From: Myxococcales bacterium
Lineage (GTDB): Bacteria > Myxococcota > Myxococcia > Myxococcales > Anaeromyxobacteraceae
NCBI GenBank assembly: GCA_021779335.1
Contig: JAJYAW010000001.1
Span: 1-37,762 of the forward strand
Direction of reading: 5' to 3'
Length of the DNA: 37,762 nucleotides
Positions 8,141 through 15,637 of this stretch are shown here, one piece after another. The notes under the pieces were generated by a model, which saw nothing but the letters and a program-made list of their open reading frames with translations, was not told where the DNA came from and made no database searches. The position numbers and the translations under genes were made by a program. The stretch's first letter is position 1; every line of letters starts with the position of its first letter.

Positions 8141-9118
8141 ATGACTGACCCACGAGCTCCCCTGCCACTCGCCCTCCTCTCGCTCGCCGTGGCCTGTGTC
8201 GCGACCACGGCGCTGGCCGCGCCGGCCGGCATCGGCCGGGACGGGATGATCGCCTCCCGAAAGGGCAAGGCCCGCAGCATCGCAGAGCTGGCCGCGATGT
8301 ACGACTCCAGCTCGTGCGTGGAGTGCCACCAGGAGGCCCACGACCAGTGGGCGGCCTCGCCTCACGCCAGGCCTATCTTCGGCACCGGGCGAACCGCGGC
8401 GACCTTCCGAACGGCCGTGCTGAACGGCCTCATGTCGTGGCCGTACTCGGGGGTGAAGAGTCCCAAGGACGTCAAGGTCGAGCACCTCATGGGGTGCGCC
8501 AAGTGCCACCTGCCACAGCTTGCGGACGCCACCGACGCCGTGGCCGCCGAGGTGGCCCAGAGCATCTTCAGCTGGGCGGATGCCGTGCAGGGCGGCGACG
8601 AGAGGAGGCGGGCCACCGAGGAGAAGAAGCTGCTCAGCCTTGGAATCACCTGCCTGGTCTGCCACAACCGGAACGCCATCGTGCACAAGTGGACCGACGG
8701 CTACCCGCAGGCCGGCGTCGTGTACGGCTCCAAGGCAGGCGCCCACGATGCGCCGGGCTTCCCGAAGATGGCGGTGAGCCCGATCATGCAGGAGTCCATC
8801 CTCTGCGGCCAGTGCCACGGCCTCGGACCCAACCTCGAGCTGGACAACCCGACGCAGTGCGGCACGGGGTACGGCAGCTATCTGTGGGCCTACCGCGCCG
8901 AAGGCGGCCGTGAGACCTGCCAGGATTGCCACATGCGGAAGAGCGGCCTGGGGCACAAGATCCTCAGCTACAGCGACCCGGCCATGATCAAGGCGGCGGT
9001 CGACTTCGAGGCCGACGCGCAGGGGATGTACTGGCGAGACGGCACGCGCGTCAGCGCACGCGCCGTGGTGCGGGTGGCGATGACCAACCGCTCCGGCCAC
9101 AGCATCCCCGATGGTTGA
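8141..9118 (+). CDS. Periplasmic pentaheme c-type cytochrome (ExtK-like), as conventionally terminated at TGA 9116-9118
   Basis: Signal peptide plus five CxxCH motifs: CVECH, CAKCH, CLVCH, CGQCH, CQDCH. The ORF stops inside a conserved-looking block ...NRSGHSIPDG*. See the next two features for the read-through hypothesis. Confidence 0.9.
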   Translation: MTDPRAPLPLALLSLAVACVATTALAAPAGIGRDGMIASRKGKARSIAELAAMYDSSSCVECHQEAHDQWAASPHARPIFGTGRTAATFRTAVLNGLMSWPYSGVKSPKDVKVEHLMGCAKCHLPQLADATDAVAAEVAQSIFSWADAVQGGDERRRATEEKKLLSLGITCLVCHNRNAIVHKWTDGYPQAGVVYGSKAGAHDAPGFPKMAVSPIMQESILCGQCHGLGPNLELDNPTQCGTGYGSYLWAYRAEGGRETCQDCHMRKSGLGHKILSYSDPAMIKAAVDFEADAQGMYWRDGTRVSARAVVRVAMTNRSGHSIPDG

Positions 9119-9169
9119 CCCACCCCCAACCGACTGGTCCTGTCGGTAAGCGCAAAGACGAAGGGTGGG
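9116..9169 (+). other. In-frame UGA followed by a SECIS-like stem-loop (candidate selenocysteine recoding signal)
   Basis: Upper stem ACCGAC (9129-9134) pairs with GTCGGT (9142-9147). The 7-nt apical loop TGGTCCT (9135-9141) begins 16 nt after the UGA. Lower stem CCCACCC (9119-9125) pairs with GGGTGGG (9163-9169) and starts right after the UGA. Confidence 0.45.
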
Positions 9170-9484
9170 AAGGAGCTGTACAACACCGAGAAGATCTACA
9201 TGCCGGTGCCGCAGCAGTTCGCGCGCGGGGATCGAATGGGGAGGGGCCCCTACGAGAAGAGCGGTATCATCGAGGACAACGGACTGCCGCCGAACCGGCG
9301 CGTCGAGGAGCGGTTCGAGATCCCGTTCCCCATGGAGGAGGTGGAGGGGACGCGCCGCCCGACCGAGTACGACATGGACGTCGACGTGAAGCTCTGGTAC
9401 CTGCCCTTCGGGACGATGGAGTCCTCCCCGTTCCTCTGGCGTGAGTTCAAGAGGACGGTCAGCGTGAGCCGGGGCGGAAAGTAG
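9119..9484 (+). CDS. Heme-less C-terminal continuation of the pentaheme cytochrome, same frame as 8141..9118 (full product 8141..9484 if the TGA is decoded)
   Basis: Same frame as the upstream ORF. G/C-rich third positions start immediately after the TGA (PTPNRLVLSVSAKTKGGKELYNTEKIYMPV...). No SD or plausible start occurs before the track's ATG at 9200, and that ATG also lacks an SD. Ends at TAG 9482-9484. Confidence 0.6.
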   Translation, partial: PTPNRLVLSVSAKTKGGKELYNTEKIYMPVPQQFARGDRMGRGPYEKSGIIEDNGLPPNRRVEERFEIPFPMEEVEGTRRPTEYDMDVDVKLWYLPFGTMESSPFLWREFKRTVSVSRGGK

Positions 9485-9593
9485 GGCTGGGCGGGGCAAG
9501 TCCACCGCCTCGGGCTGGATCGGCCGTCGGGCCTGTGGGGCCGCCGGCCGACCGGTCCACCCCCAACGCGGCGGGGATGGGAGGGAGGTCCAC

Positions 9594-11441
9594 ATGTGGT
9601 GTGCTGGACTCCCGCCCGCCCGCCCTGGCCCGGGGCTGCTGCTCGCCGCCGCGTTGCTGGCGGGCTGCGGAACCGCGCCGGCCGGGCTGACGTGCCGCGG
9701 CTGCCACGCCGGGCTGGAGCCGGCCTCCGCCACGCACGGCGACTGTCTCTCCTGCCATGGTGGCGACGGCCGGGCTCGCCAGAAGGACCGGTCGCACCGC
9801 GGCATGTTCGGCGGCAGGAACCCCTCGGCGCCGGCCGCCTGGGAGAAGACCTGCGGCGCCTGCCACCCGCTCCAGCTGCAGCGGCTGCGCGGCGCGCTCA
9901 TGACCACCAACGCCGGCATGATCCGGAACATCCAGGCGACCTGGGACGGCGAGGACGGACGGGCCTACGCGGCCCAGCCGGCCGCGACCTTCGATGCCAG
10001 CGGGAGGCCGTGGGCGCTGGCGGGCGCCACCGAGCTGCCGGGCCTATCCGGTGAGCTGTACCGGAAGTACTGTTCGCTCTGCCATGTCGGGCTGTCCTCC
10101 GACGAGGTGTACGCGGGGAGCCACGCCGCCGGGTGCGCGGCCTGTCACTTTCCGTTCAACGACACCGCCACCTATCAGGGCGGCGACGCGGCCGTCCGAG
10201 GCCGCTGGCCGCTCTCGGCCTCGCACGCCATGGCCCGCCTCCCCGACAACCGGGCGTGTCTGGCGTGTCACAACCGCAGCGGCCGGATCGCACTCTCTTA
10301 CCAGGGGCGCTACGACGGCAACAACGGGCTGGTGCCCACCCGCGACGGCGAGCCAGGGCCCAGGATCATCTCGGGCGCCCGCGACGCGACCGCCATCGCG
10401 CCGGACATCCACTTCGAGAAGGGGATGGACTGCATCGACTGCCACACCTCCCGTGACGTCATGGGCGACGGCTACGCATACCAGAACCTCGATCGGCAGG
10501 TGGAGGTGGCGTGCGAGGACTGCCACGGGAGCCCCACGCGGCGGCCGAGGACGGCGGCCATCACTCGCGAGAACGACGAGGCGGTGCGCGAGTCGGCCAG
10601 CTACCCCACGCCGGCGAGATCAGGCCTGGAGATGGTCCTCACCTCCAAGGGGCGGAAGTACTCGAACGCTTGGATGGAGTCCGGGACGGTAGTCGTCCAG
10701 TCGAAGCGCACCGGCCAGCGGCACGAGAGCAAGGTCATCACCGGGACCCCGGAGCACGCCGTCGCCGGCCACGAGCGGATGGAGTGCCACGCCTGCCACT
10801 CGCGCACCGTGGTCCAGTGTTATGGCTGCCACACGACCTACGACCGCTCCAGGGTGAGCCGCGACTTCATCCGGGGCGCCGACACGCCGGGCGAGTTCAG
10901 CGAGACCGAGGACTACCGGACCCTTTACCCATTCCCCCTGGCGCTCAACCAGCGCGGGCGCATCTCGGCCGTGACCCCCGGCTGCCAGACCTTCCTCACC
11001 GAGCTCGGCGCCGACGGGAGGCCGGTGCGAGAGGAGGAAGTCGCCACCTTCAAGGGCAAGCGCCAGCTTCGCTTCGCGCCCTTCTTCTCGCACAACACCG
11101 GGCGCAGGGCGATCGGCTGCAGCGAGTGTCACGCCAACCCGGCCTTTCTGGGCTTCGGGCAGCACGTGGTCGAGGGAGACAGCCTCGCGCCTACCCTGCT
11201 GTGCGAGAAGTCGGCCGGGAAGCCGCTGGACGGCTTCCTCACACTGGACCACGGCCGGGTCCGCGCTTTCTCGGCCATCACGCGGCAAGGCTCTCGGCCG
11301 CTGGAGGCCGGCGAGATCAAGCGGGTCTGGGCGGTCAACCAGTGCCTGGGCTGCCACGACGACGCCAAGGACCCCATCTTCAGGAAGAAGCTCGACTACG
11401 GGCGCCTGGCGCGTTGCCTGGGAGCGACCCGTGCGCCCTGA
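9594..11441 (+). CDS. Dodecaheme c-type cytochrome lipoprotein
   Basis: 615 aa with canonical lipobox LLAGC. Twelve CxxCH motifs: CRGCH, CLSCH, CGACH, CSLCH, CAACH, CLACH, CIDCH, CEDCH, CHACH, CYGCH, CSECH, CLGCH. SD GGGAGGGAGG is present. Confidence 0.92.
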   Translation: MWCAGLPPARPGPGLLLAAALLAGCGTAPAGLTCRGCHAGLEPASATHGDCLSCHGGDGRARQKDRSHRGMFGGRNPSAPAAWEKTCGACHPLQLQRLRGALMTTNAGMIRNIQATWDGEDGRAYAAQPAATFDASGRPWALAGATELPGLSGELYRKYCSLCHVGLSSDEVYAGSHAAGCAACHFPFNDTATYQGGDAAVRGRWPLSASHAMARLPDNRACLACHNRSGRIALSYQGRYDGNNGLVPTRDGEPGPRIISGARDATAIAPDIHFEKGMDCIDCHTSRDVMGDGYAYQNLDRQVEVACEDCHGSPTRRPRTAAITRENDEAVRESASYPTPARSGLEMVLTSKGRKYSNAWMESGTVVVQSKRTGQRHESKVITGTPEHAVAGHERMECHACHSRTVVQCYGCHTTYDRSRVSRDFIRGADTPGEFSETEDYRTLYPFPLALNQRGRISAVTPGCQTFLTELGADGRPVREEEVATFKGKRQLRFAPFFSHNTGRRAIGCSECHANPAFLGFGQHVVEGDSLAPTLLCEKSAGKPLDGFLTLDHGRVRAFSAITRQGSRPLEAGEIKRVWAVNQCLGCHDDAKDPIFRKKLDYGRLARCLGATRAP

Positions 11442-12711
11442 CTCGGCCGGCGCGGGCGGCTCACGAAGCGGCGGGCGGCTCCTCGCCTGGCTCGTGTCGA
11501 TGGGCCTCGCCCTGCTCCCGCCGCGGGCGGACGCGGCCGGGGCGTGCACCACCTGCCACGCGAGGCAGGTGCGAGGTGCACACGCCACCATCGACTGCGG
11601 GGCGTGCCACCGCGGCCCCCGTGATCTCGGTCAGGTCTCGGCGGCCCCCGCCGCCCGGGGCTGCACCGGGTGCCACCCCGGCGCCGCCGCCATCTTCCTG
11701 GGACCCATGGCGCACCGCACGCCCGAGCGCGCCTTCGCCGACGCCGCCTTCGCGCACCGTGACAGTCGCTTCTTCGAGAAGAGCTGCACTGGCTGTCACG
11801 TGAAGGACTGCTTCGACTGCCACGGCCCGGACGGCCACGCCATCGAACGCCCGGGGAGCGAGGGCTGCCACACCTGCCACCGCGGTTACTTCGTCGGCGC
11901 CGACTACCTTGGCCGAGCCCCCCGAGAAGACAACCTGCGCTACCAGCGCGGGCCGTCCAGGGACGGAGAGCGCTACTTGAAGATGCGCCCGGACGTCCAC
12001 GCCGAGGCCGGCCTGGCGTGCGGCGCGTGCCACTCCATGGCCAGCCTGGCGGCTGGACGGCGCACCGCCAAGACCTGCACCGACTGCCATCGGCCGAGCC
12101 CAGCGGTGCTGGAGCACCGCATCGGCGGCCACCTCGAGGCGCTGGAGTGCTGGGCGTGCCACTCGGCCTGGGCTGCCCAGGAGTATGGGACCTTCTTCGT
12201 CCGCGTTGGAGGCAGCCCGGTAGCCGAACACTTCACCGTGAAGCGGGAGCCCGGCGCCGAGTACCTCCGCAGCGCCTACCTGCGGCGGCAGGACGCGCCG
12301 CCGCTCGGCCGCGACGTGGCCGGCAAGGTGAGCCCCGTCCGGCCACAGTTCATCGCCTACACGAGCGACCTTCGCAGGTCCGGCGGCGAGGAGAACGTGC
12401 TCCTCGTCGCGCAGTGGAAGGCCTTCTTCCCCCACACCGTCCGACGTGGCACGGTGCCGTGCGAAGGTTGTCACGAGGCCCCGCGCCGCTTCCTGGTCGA
12501 GCCCGAGGGGGCTCGCATCTACCTGCCCGCAGAGGACGGCCTGGGGCTGCCGTCCTTCTGGAGCCAGCGGGGGCAGACGCTGATCAATGGGCGCTTCCTC
12601 GCGCCGGAGGAGGTGGCGCGCCTCGGAGCGAAGAGCCCGGCCTACCGCAGGGGTACCATCGAGAAATGGCAGAAGCTCGTCCGGTCCGTCGAAGACTCCT
12701 CCAGGCGCTGA
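11431..12711 (+). CDS. Decaheme c-type cytochrome (secreted)
   Basis: 426 aa. GTG start with GGAG 6 nt upstream, overlapping the previous gene by 11 nt. Ten CxxCH motifs: CTTCH, CGACH, CTGCH x2, CFDCH, CHTCH, CGACH, CTDCH, CWACH, CEGCH. Confidence 0.9.
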   Translation: MRPDSAGAGGSRSGGRLLAWLVSMGLALLPPRADAAGACTTCHARQVRGAHATIDCGACHRGPRDLGQVSAAPAARGCTGCHPGAAAIFLGPMAHRTPERAFADAAFAHRDSRFFEKSCTGCHVKDCFDCHGPDGHAIERPGSEGCHTCHRGYFVGADYLGRAPREDNLRYQRGPSRDGERYLKMRPDVHAEAGLACGACHSMASLAAGRRTAKTCTDCHRPSPAVLEHRIGGHLEALECWACHSAWAAQEYGTFFVRVGGSPVAEHFTVKREPGAEYLRSAYLRRQDAPPLGRDVAGKVSPVRPQFIAYTSDLRRSGGEENVLLVAQWKAFFPHTVRRGTVPCEGCHEAPRRFLVEPEGARIYLPAEDGLGLPSFWSQRGQTLINGRFLAPEEVARLGAKSPAYRRGTIEKWQKLVRSVEDSSRR

Positions 12712-13055
12712 CCCTGGCCGCCGTGGCGGTGCCGCTCTGGCGCTACCTGGCGCCGGGACGGTCCCGGGCCCGCAGGGTCCTGCGCGTGCCCCGGGCGGAG
12801 ATCCCTCCGGAGGGGGCGCTCGTCTTCCGCGAGGCGCGCGTGGCGGTCATGCGCCGCGACGGCGCTGTCTTCGCCCTGGACCTCGCCTGCACGCACCTCG
12901 GGTGCACCGTCAACGTGACCTCGCGGCAGCTCGTCTGCCCGTGCCACGGGAGCACCTTCGCCCTCGACGGCACGCCGCTGACCGGCCCGGCCACGCGGCC
13001 GCTGGGGCGGCTCGAGGTGAGGGACGCGGACGCACACGTGGAGGTCCTGCTGTGA
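12666..13055 (+). CDS. Rieske [2Fe-2S] protein with twin-arginine signal
   Basis: 129 aa taken from the ATG at 12666 inside track ORF 12018..13055. N-terminus MAEARPVRRRLLQALTLAAVAV is Tat-like. Cluster-binding boxes CTHLGC and CPCHGS are present. Start position is less certain than the call. Confidence 0.85.
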   Translation: MAEARPVRRRLLQALTLAAVAVPLWRYLAPGRSRARRVLRVPRAEIPPEGALVFREARVAVMRRDGAVFALDLACTHLGCTVNVTSRQLVCPCHGSTFALDGTPLTGPATRPLGRLEVRDADAHVEVLL

Positions 13056-13696
13056 GTCAGCCAAACGACTCCGGCATGGTCCGCGGCTTCCTCGGCCACC
13101 TCTTCCCGCGCGTGGTCCTCGCCAGCAACCTCCGGCTCACCTACACGTTCTGCCTGGGCGGCCTGGCGTTCACGGCCTTCGTCCTGCTGCTCGGCTCGGG
13201 CATGCTGCTCCTCTTCGACTATCGCCCCTCGCCCGAGGGCGCCTACGCCTCGATCCTCTTCCTGGAGGGTAGCGTGCCGGGAGGGGCGTACCTGCGCCGG
13301 CTCCACCGGCTGTCCTCGCACGCCCTGCTGGCCTTCACCTTCCTGCACACGCTGCGGGTGGTGTTCACCGGCGCATTCCGCCCCCCCCGGGAGCTCAACT
13401 GGGTGATCGGGTTCGGTCTGCTCTGCATGGGCGTCTTCGGGGCGTACACTGGATACCTCCTCCCGATGGACCAGCTCGCCCTCTGGGCCACCCGGACCGG
13501 TACGGAGTTGCTGGCCACGGTGCCGGGCGGTGATCTGCTCCGGCAGGTGCTGGTCCCGGACGAGGTCGGCGGTCCGAGATCGCTGCAGCGGTTCTACGCC
13601 CTCCACATCGCGGTCGCCCCGCTCTCCATCCTGGTGCTGTCCATGCTCCACTTCTTCCGGATCCGCCGCGACAAGGGGGCGCTGCCGTACCTATGA
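13052..13696 (+). CDS. Cytochrome b6-type cytochrome b, N-terminal four-helix subunit
   Basis: GTG at 13052 overlaps the Rieske stop (GTGA); an alternative ATG lies at 13076. Aligns block by block with my memory of cytochrome b6: TFCLGG, DYRP, RRLHRLSSHALLAFTFLHTLRVVFTGAFRPPRELNW, GYLLPMDQLALWA, RFYALHIAVAPLSILVLSMLHFFRIRRDKG. His pairs are spaced 14 and 15 residues apart. Confidence 0.9.
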   Translation: MSQPNDSGMVRGFLGHLFPRVVLASNLRLTYTFCLGGLAFTAFVLLLGSGMLLLFDYRPSPEGAYASILFLEGSVPGGAYLRRLHRLSSHALLAFTFLHTLRVVFTGAFRPPRELNWVIGFGLLCMGVFGAYTGYLLPMDQLALWATRTGTELLATVPGGDLLRQVLVPDEVGGPRSLQRFYALHIAVAPLSILVLSMLHFFRIRRDKGALPYL

Positions 13697-14133
13697 GCAC
13701 GCCGGACCGTGGCGGCGACGACCTGGCGGGGCGGGTGCCGAGTGCGCCACGCTTCTTCGGCCTCATCAAGCGGACCTTCGCGGCGGGGGCCGCCACCTTG
13801 CTGCTGCTGGCCTTCGTGGTGCCGGCGCCGCTGCAGGGCCCGGCCGATCCGGGCCGGGTCCCCAACCCGGTGACGGCGGCCTGGTTCCTCCTCTGGACCC
13901 AGGAGCTCATGAGCTACTCGAAGGAGCTCATCTACCTCCTGCTGCTGCTCGCCGCCGCCCTCCTCTTCCTGCCCTGGCTGCCCGGGACCCGGCCGGCCGA
14001 CCGCGCCAGGTGGTTCCCCCGCGGTCAGCGTCCGGCCACCCTGCTGACGCTCGCCGCCTTCCTCGGCGTCGTCGGGCTCACCATCGTCGCGGGGTTCTTC
14101 CGGGGGCAGAATTGGGCCTTCTTCGCTCCCTGA
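13693..14133 (+). CDS. Cytochrome b C-terminal subunit (subunit IV/PetD-like)
   Basis: 146 aa. ATGA overlap with the cytochrome b stop. Three hydrophobic helices. NPVTAAWFLLW lies where PetD has the PEWY region. Confidence 0.8.
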   Translation: MSTPDRGGDDLAGRVPSAPRFFGLIKRTFAAGAATLLLLAFVVPAPLQGPADPGRVPNPVTAAWFLLWTQELMSYSKELIYLLLLLAAALLFLPWLPGTRPADRARWFPRGQRPATLLTLAAFLGVVGLTIVAGFFRGQNWAFFAP

Positions 14134-14909
14134 CCGCGCTCCTGGCGCTGCTGTCTCCGCTCCGGGCCCTGCCCGGCGGCGCCTGCATGGAGTGCCACCC
14201 CGTTCACCACGAGGCGTCCGCAGCCTGCACCGGATGCCACCGCGGCGATCCACGCACCCGGCGGCTGGAGCTCGCGCATCGCGACCTGATCGCTGGGCGC
14301 TTCGCGCACTTCGCGTTGCCGGGCAGCCTGGTGGTGGCCCGGGGCCAGCAGGTCCTCGAGCGGGCGGGCTGCCGCCGGTGTCACGTGACCGGCGGGCGCG
14401 GGAATGGCTTGGCGACCGACCTCGACCAGCTGCTTCAAGGCGCCACGCCGGCCGAGACGATGGGCGCCCTCCAGCAGCCTGCGCTCTTCATGCCCCGGTT
14501 CGCCCTGACGGAGCCGGCCACCGTCGAGCTGGTGAACGCGCTCTACGCGGGGTCGGCCGGGGCTCCGAGGAGGACGGGAGAGACGCCCGTGGTGGTCCAC
14601 TTCGAGCAGGCCGCCCCGCCCGAGAGCGCCTTCGAGACGCACTGCGGCGGCTGCCACCGGATGCTCTCCAGGATGCAGGGCGGCCTGGGCCGCGGCGCCA
14701 CCGGCCCCAATCTCACCGGGCTCCTGGGCGAGTTCTACCCGGGCACCTACAAGGACAGGGAGCGCTGGACGCCGGCCAGCTTGAGGAGGTGGGTGATGAA
14801 CCCCCGAGACACCCGGCCCCTGGCGACGATGCCTCCCCGGTCGCTGCCGGACCAGGAGCTGGAGCGGATCCTGGCGGCGTTCGAGGCCGGAGGAGGCACG
14901 GCCAGGTGA
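14112..14909 (+). CDS. Tetraheme c-type cytochrome of the Rieske/cyt b module
   Basis: C-terminal part of track ORF 13530..14909. Four CxxCH motifs: CMECH, CTGCH, CRRCH, CGGCH. The last two sit in class-I-like domains with distal Met-Pro. A TTG start at 14112 (GGGGG 6 nt upstream) gives signal peptide MGLLRSLTALLALLSPLRA. The start is uncertain. Confidence 0.75.
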   Translation: MGLLRSLTALLALLSPLRALPGGACMECHPVHHEASAACTGCHRGDPRTRRLELAHRDLIAGRFAHFALPGSLVVARGQQVLERAGCRRCHVTGGRGNGLATDLDQLLQGATPAETMGALQQPALFMPRFALTEPATVELVNALYAGSAGAPRRTGETPVVVHFEQAAPPESAFETHCGGCHRMLSRMQGGLGRGATGPNLTGLLGEFYPGTYKDRERWTPASLRRWVMNPRDTRPLATMPPRSLPDQELERILAAFEAGGGTAR

Positions 14910-14932
14910 CCCGCCGAGGTCGGTCCTCGCGG

Positions 14933-15442
14933 CTACGGTGCGGTCGGGAAGGACCCCGTCGTCCCCTCGGCGATCGCCCTGAGCGCCGCCGCCGTGGCGG
15001 GCACGGTGCGCCACCCCATCATCCCCCACTTCATGCTGAAGGCTGGGTAGTCGAGGATTCGGAGCAAGCTCAGTGCCTTGGTCGATTCGTGCCCGGAGTT
15101 GCAGTAGAGAATGATCTCCCTTTCCCTGGAGAGCTTCGCCAGGCTCCGCGGTTCGGCGATCTCCCGTACCGGGATGCTGATGGCCCCCGGGAGGTGCCAG
15201 AGTTCGAACTCCTTCTCGGAGCGGACGTCGACCAGGACGAAGTCACTCTTGCCGGACTGGAGGCGGCCCCGGACCTCGGTCGGTGCCAGCAGGAAGTTGT
15301 TCTCCGGGGTGCTGTCCAGGAAGTGGGCCGCGGCCCGCTGGATGACCTCGGCCTCCCCCGGCGAGAGGGCGCTGGCCTGGCCAGCGGGGGCCAGGAGGGC
15401 CAGGAAGGTCAGCGTGAGGACCGCGGCTCTGCCGTGGGGCAT
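14933..15442 (-). CDS. Secreted single-domain rhodanese (sulfurtransferase)
   Basis: 169 aa from the ATG at 15442, with AAGGAG SD; the track ORF extends further to 15589. Signal peptide MPHGRAAVLTLTFLALLAPAGQASA. Active-site loop ILYCNSGHES. Confidence 0.85.
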   Translation of the reverse strand: MPHGRAAVLTLTFLALLAPAGQASALSPGEAEVIQRAAAHFLDSTPENNFLLAPTEVRGRLQSGKSDFVLVDVRSEKEFELWHLPGAISIPVREIAEPRSLAKLSREREIILYCNSGHESTKALSLLRILDYPAFSMKWGMMGWRTVPATAAALRAIAEGTTGSFPTAP

Positions 15443-15515
15443 GTGGGCTGCTCCTTGGGATGCTGGGGAGGGCGATTCGCGCCTGCGCCACCAGCCTCCG
15501 CGATGCGCCCCCGGA

Positions 15516-15549
15516 AGCCATTGACCGCTCGCAACGGGGAGCCGATTGC
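15516..15549 (+). repeat. Copy A of a ~34-nt intergenic element (AGCC ATTGACCGCTCGCAACG GGGAGCCG ATTGC)
   Basis: Read directly and aligned by eye to five other copies. The ATTGA core begins 77 nt upstream of the rhodanese start (15442, minus strand). Confidence 0.65.
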
Positions 15550-15598
15550 GTCGGACCACCGCGCGACCGAGCCGCCGACGGAGCAGCACCTGGCGGGA

Positions 15599-15618
15599 CC
15601 GAAGACCTGGATCTTCGG
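15599..15618 (-). terminator. Hairpin 20 nt downstream of arsC (possible terminator)
   Basis: CCGAAGA (15599-15605) pairs with TCTTCGG (15612-15618) around a 6-nt loop. No U-tract. Confidence 0.35.
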
Positions 15619-15637
15619 CATGGTGCCCTCCGTGGCC

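Noticed and set aside
9200-9484. A stand-alone 94-aa gene as listed in the ORF track.
   Set aside because: There is no SD before the ATG at 9200. Coding-type codon bias starts at 9119, right after the TGA, in the same frame as the pentaheme cytochrome. It is better explained as the C-terminal part of that protein, either recoded or disrupted.
9120-9567. Shared 11-mer CCACCCCCAAC at 9120-9130 (just after the UGA) and 9557-9567 (upstream of the 12-heme gene).
   Set aside because: There are only two copies, one coding and one not, with no extended similarity. It is probably chance in C-rich sequence.
15443-15549. Sigma-54 (-24 GG / -12 GC), MerR-type or canonical sigma-70 promoter readings of the 34-nt element.
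   Set aside because: No copy gives TGGCAC-N5-TTGC spacing. The putative -10 positions read GATTGC, CATTGC or GATCGC rather than TAnnnT. No dyad is centred between -35 and -10 as in MerR promoters. The element is therefore reported only as an unexplained motif.
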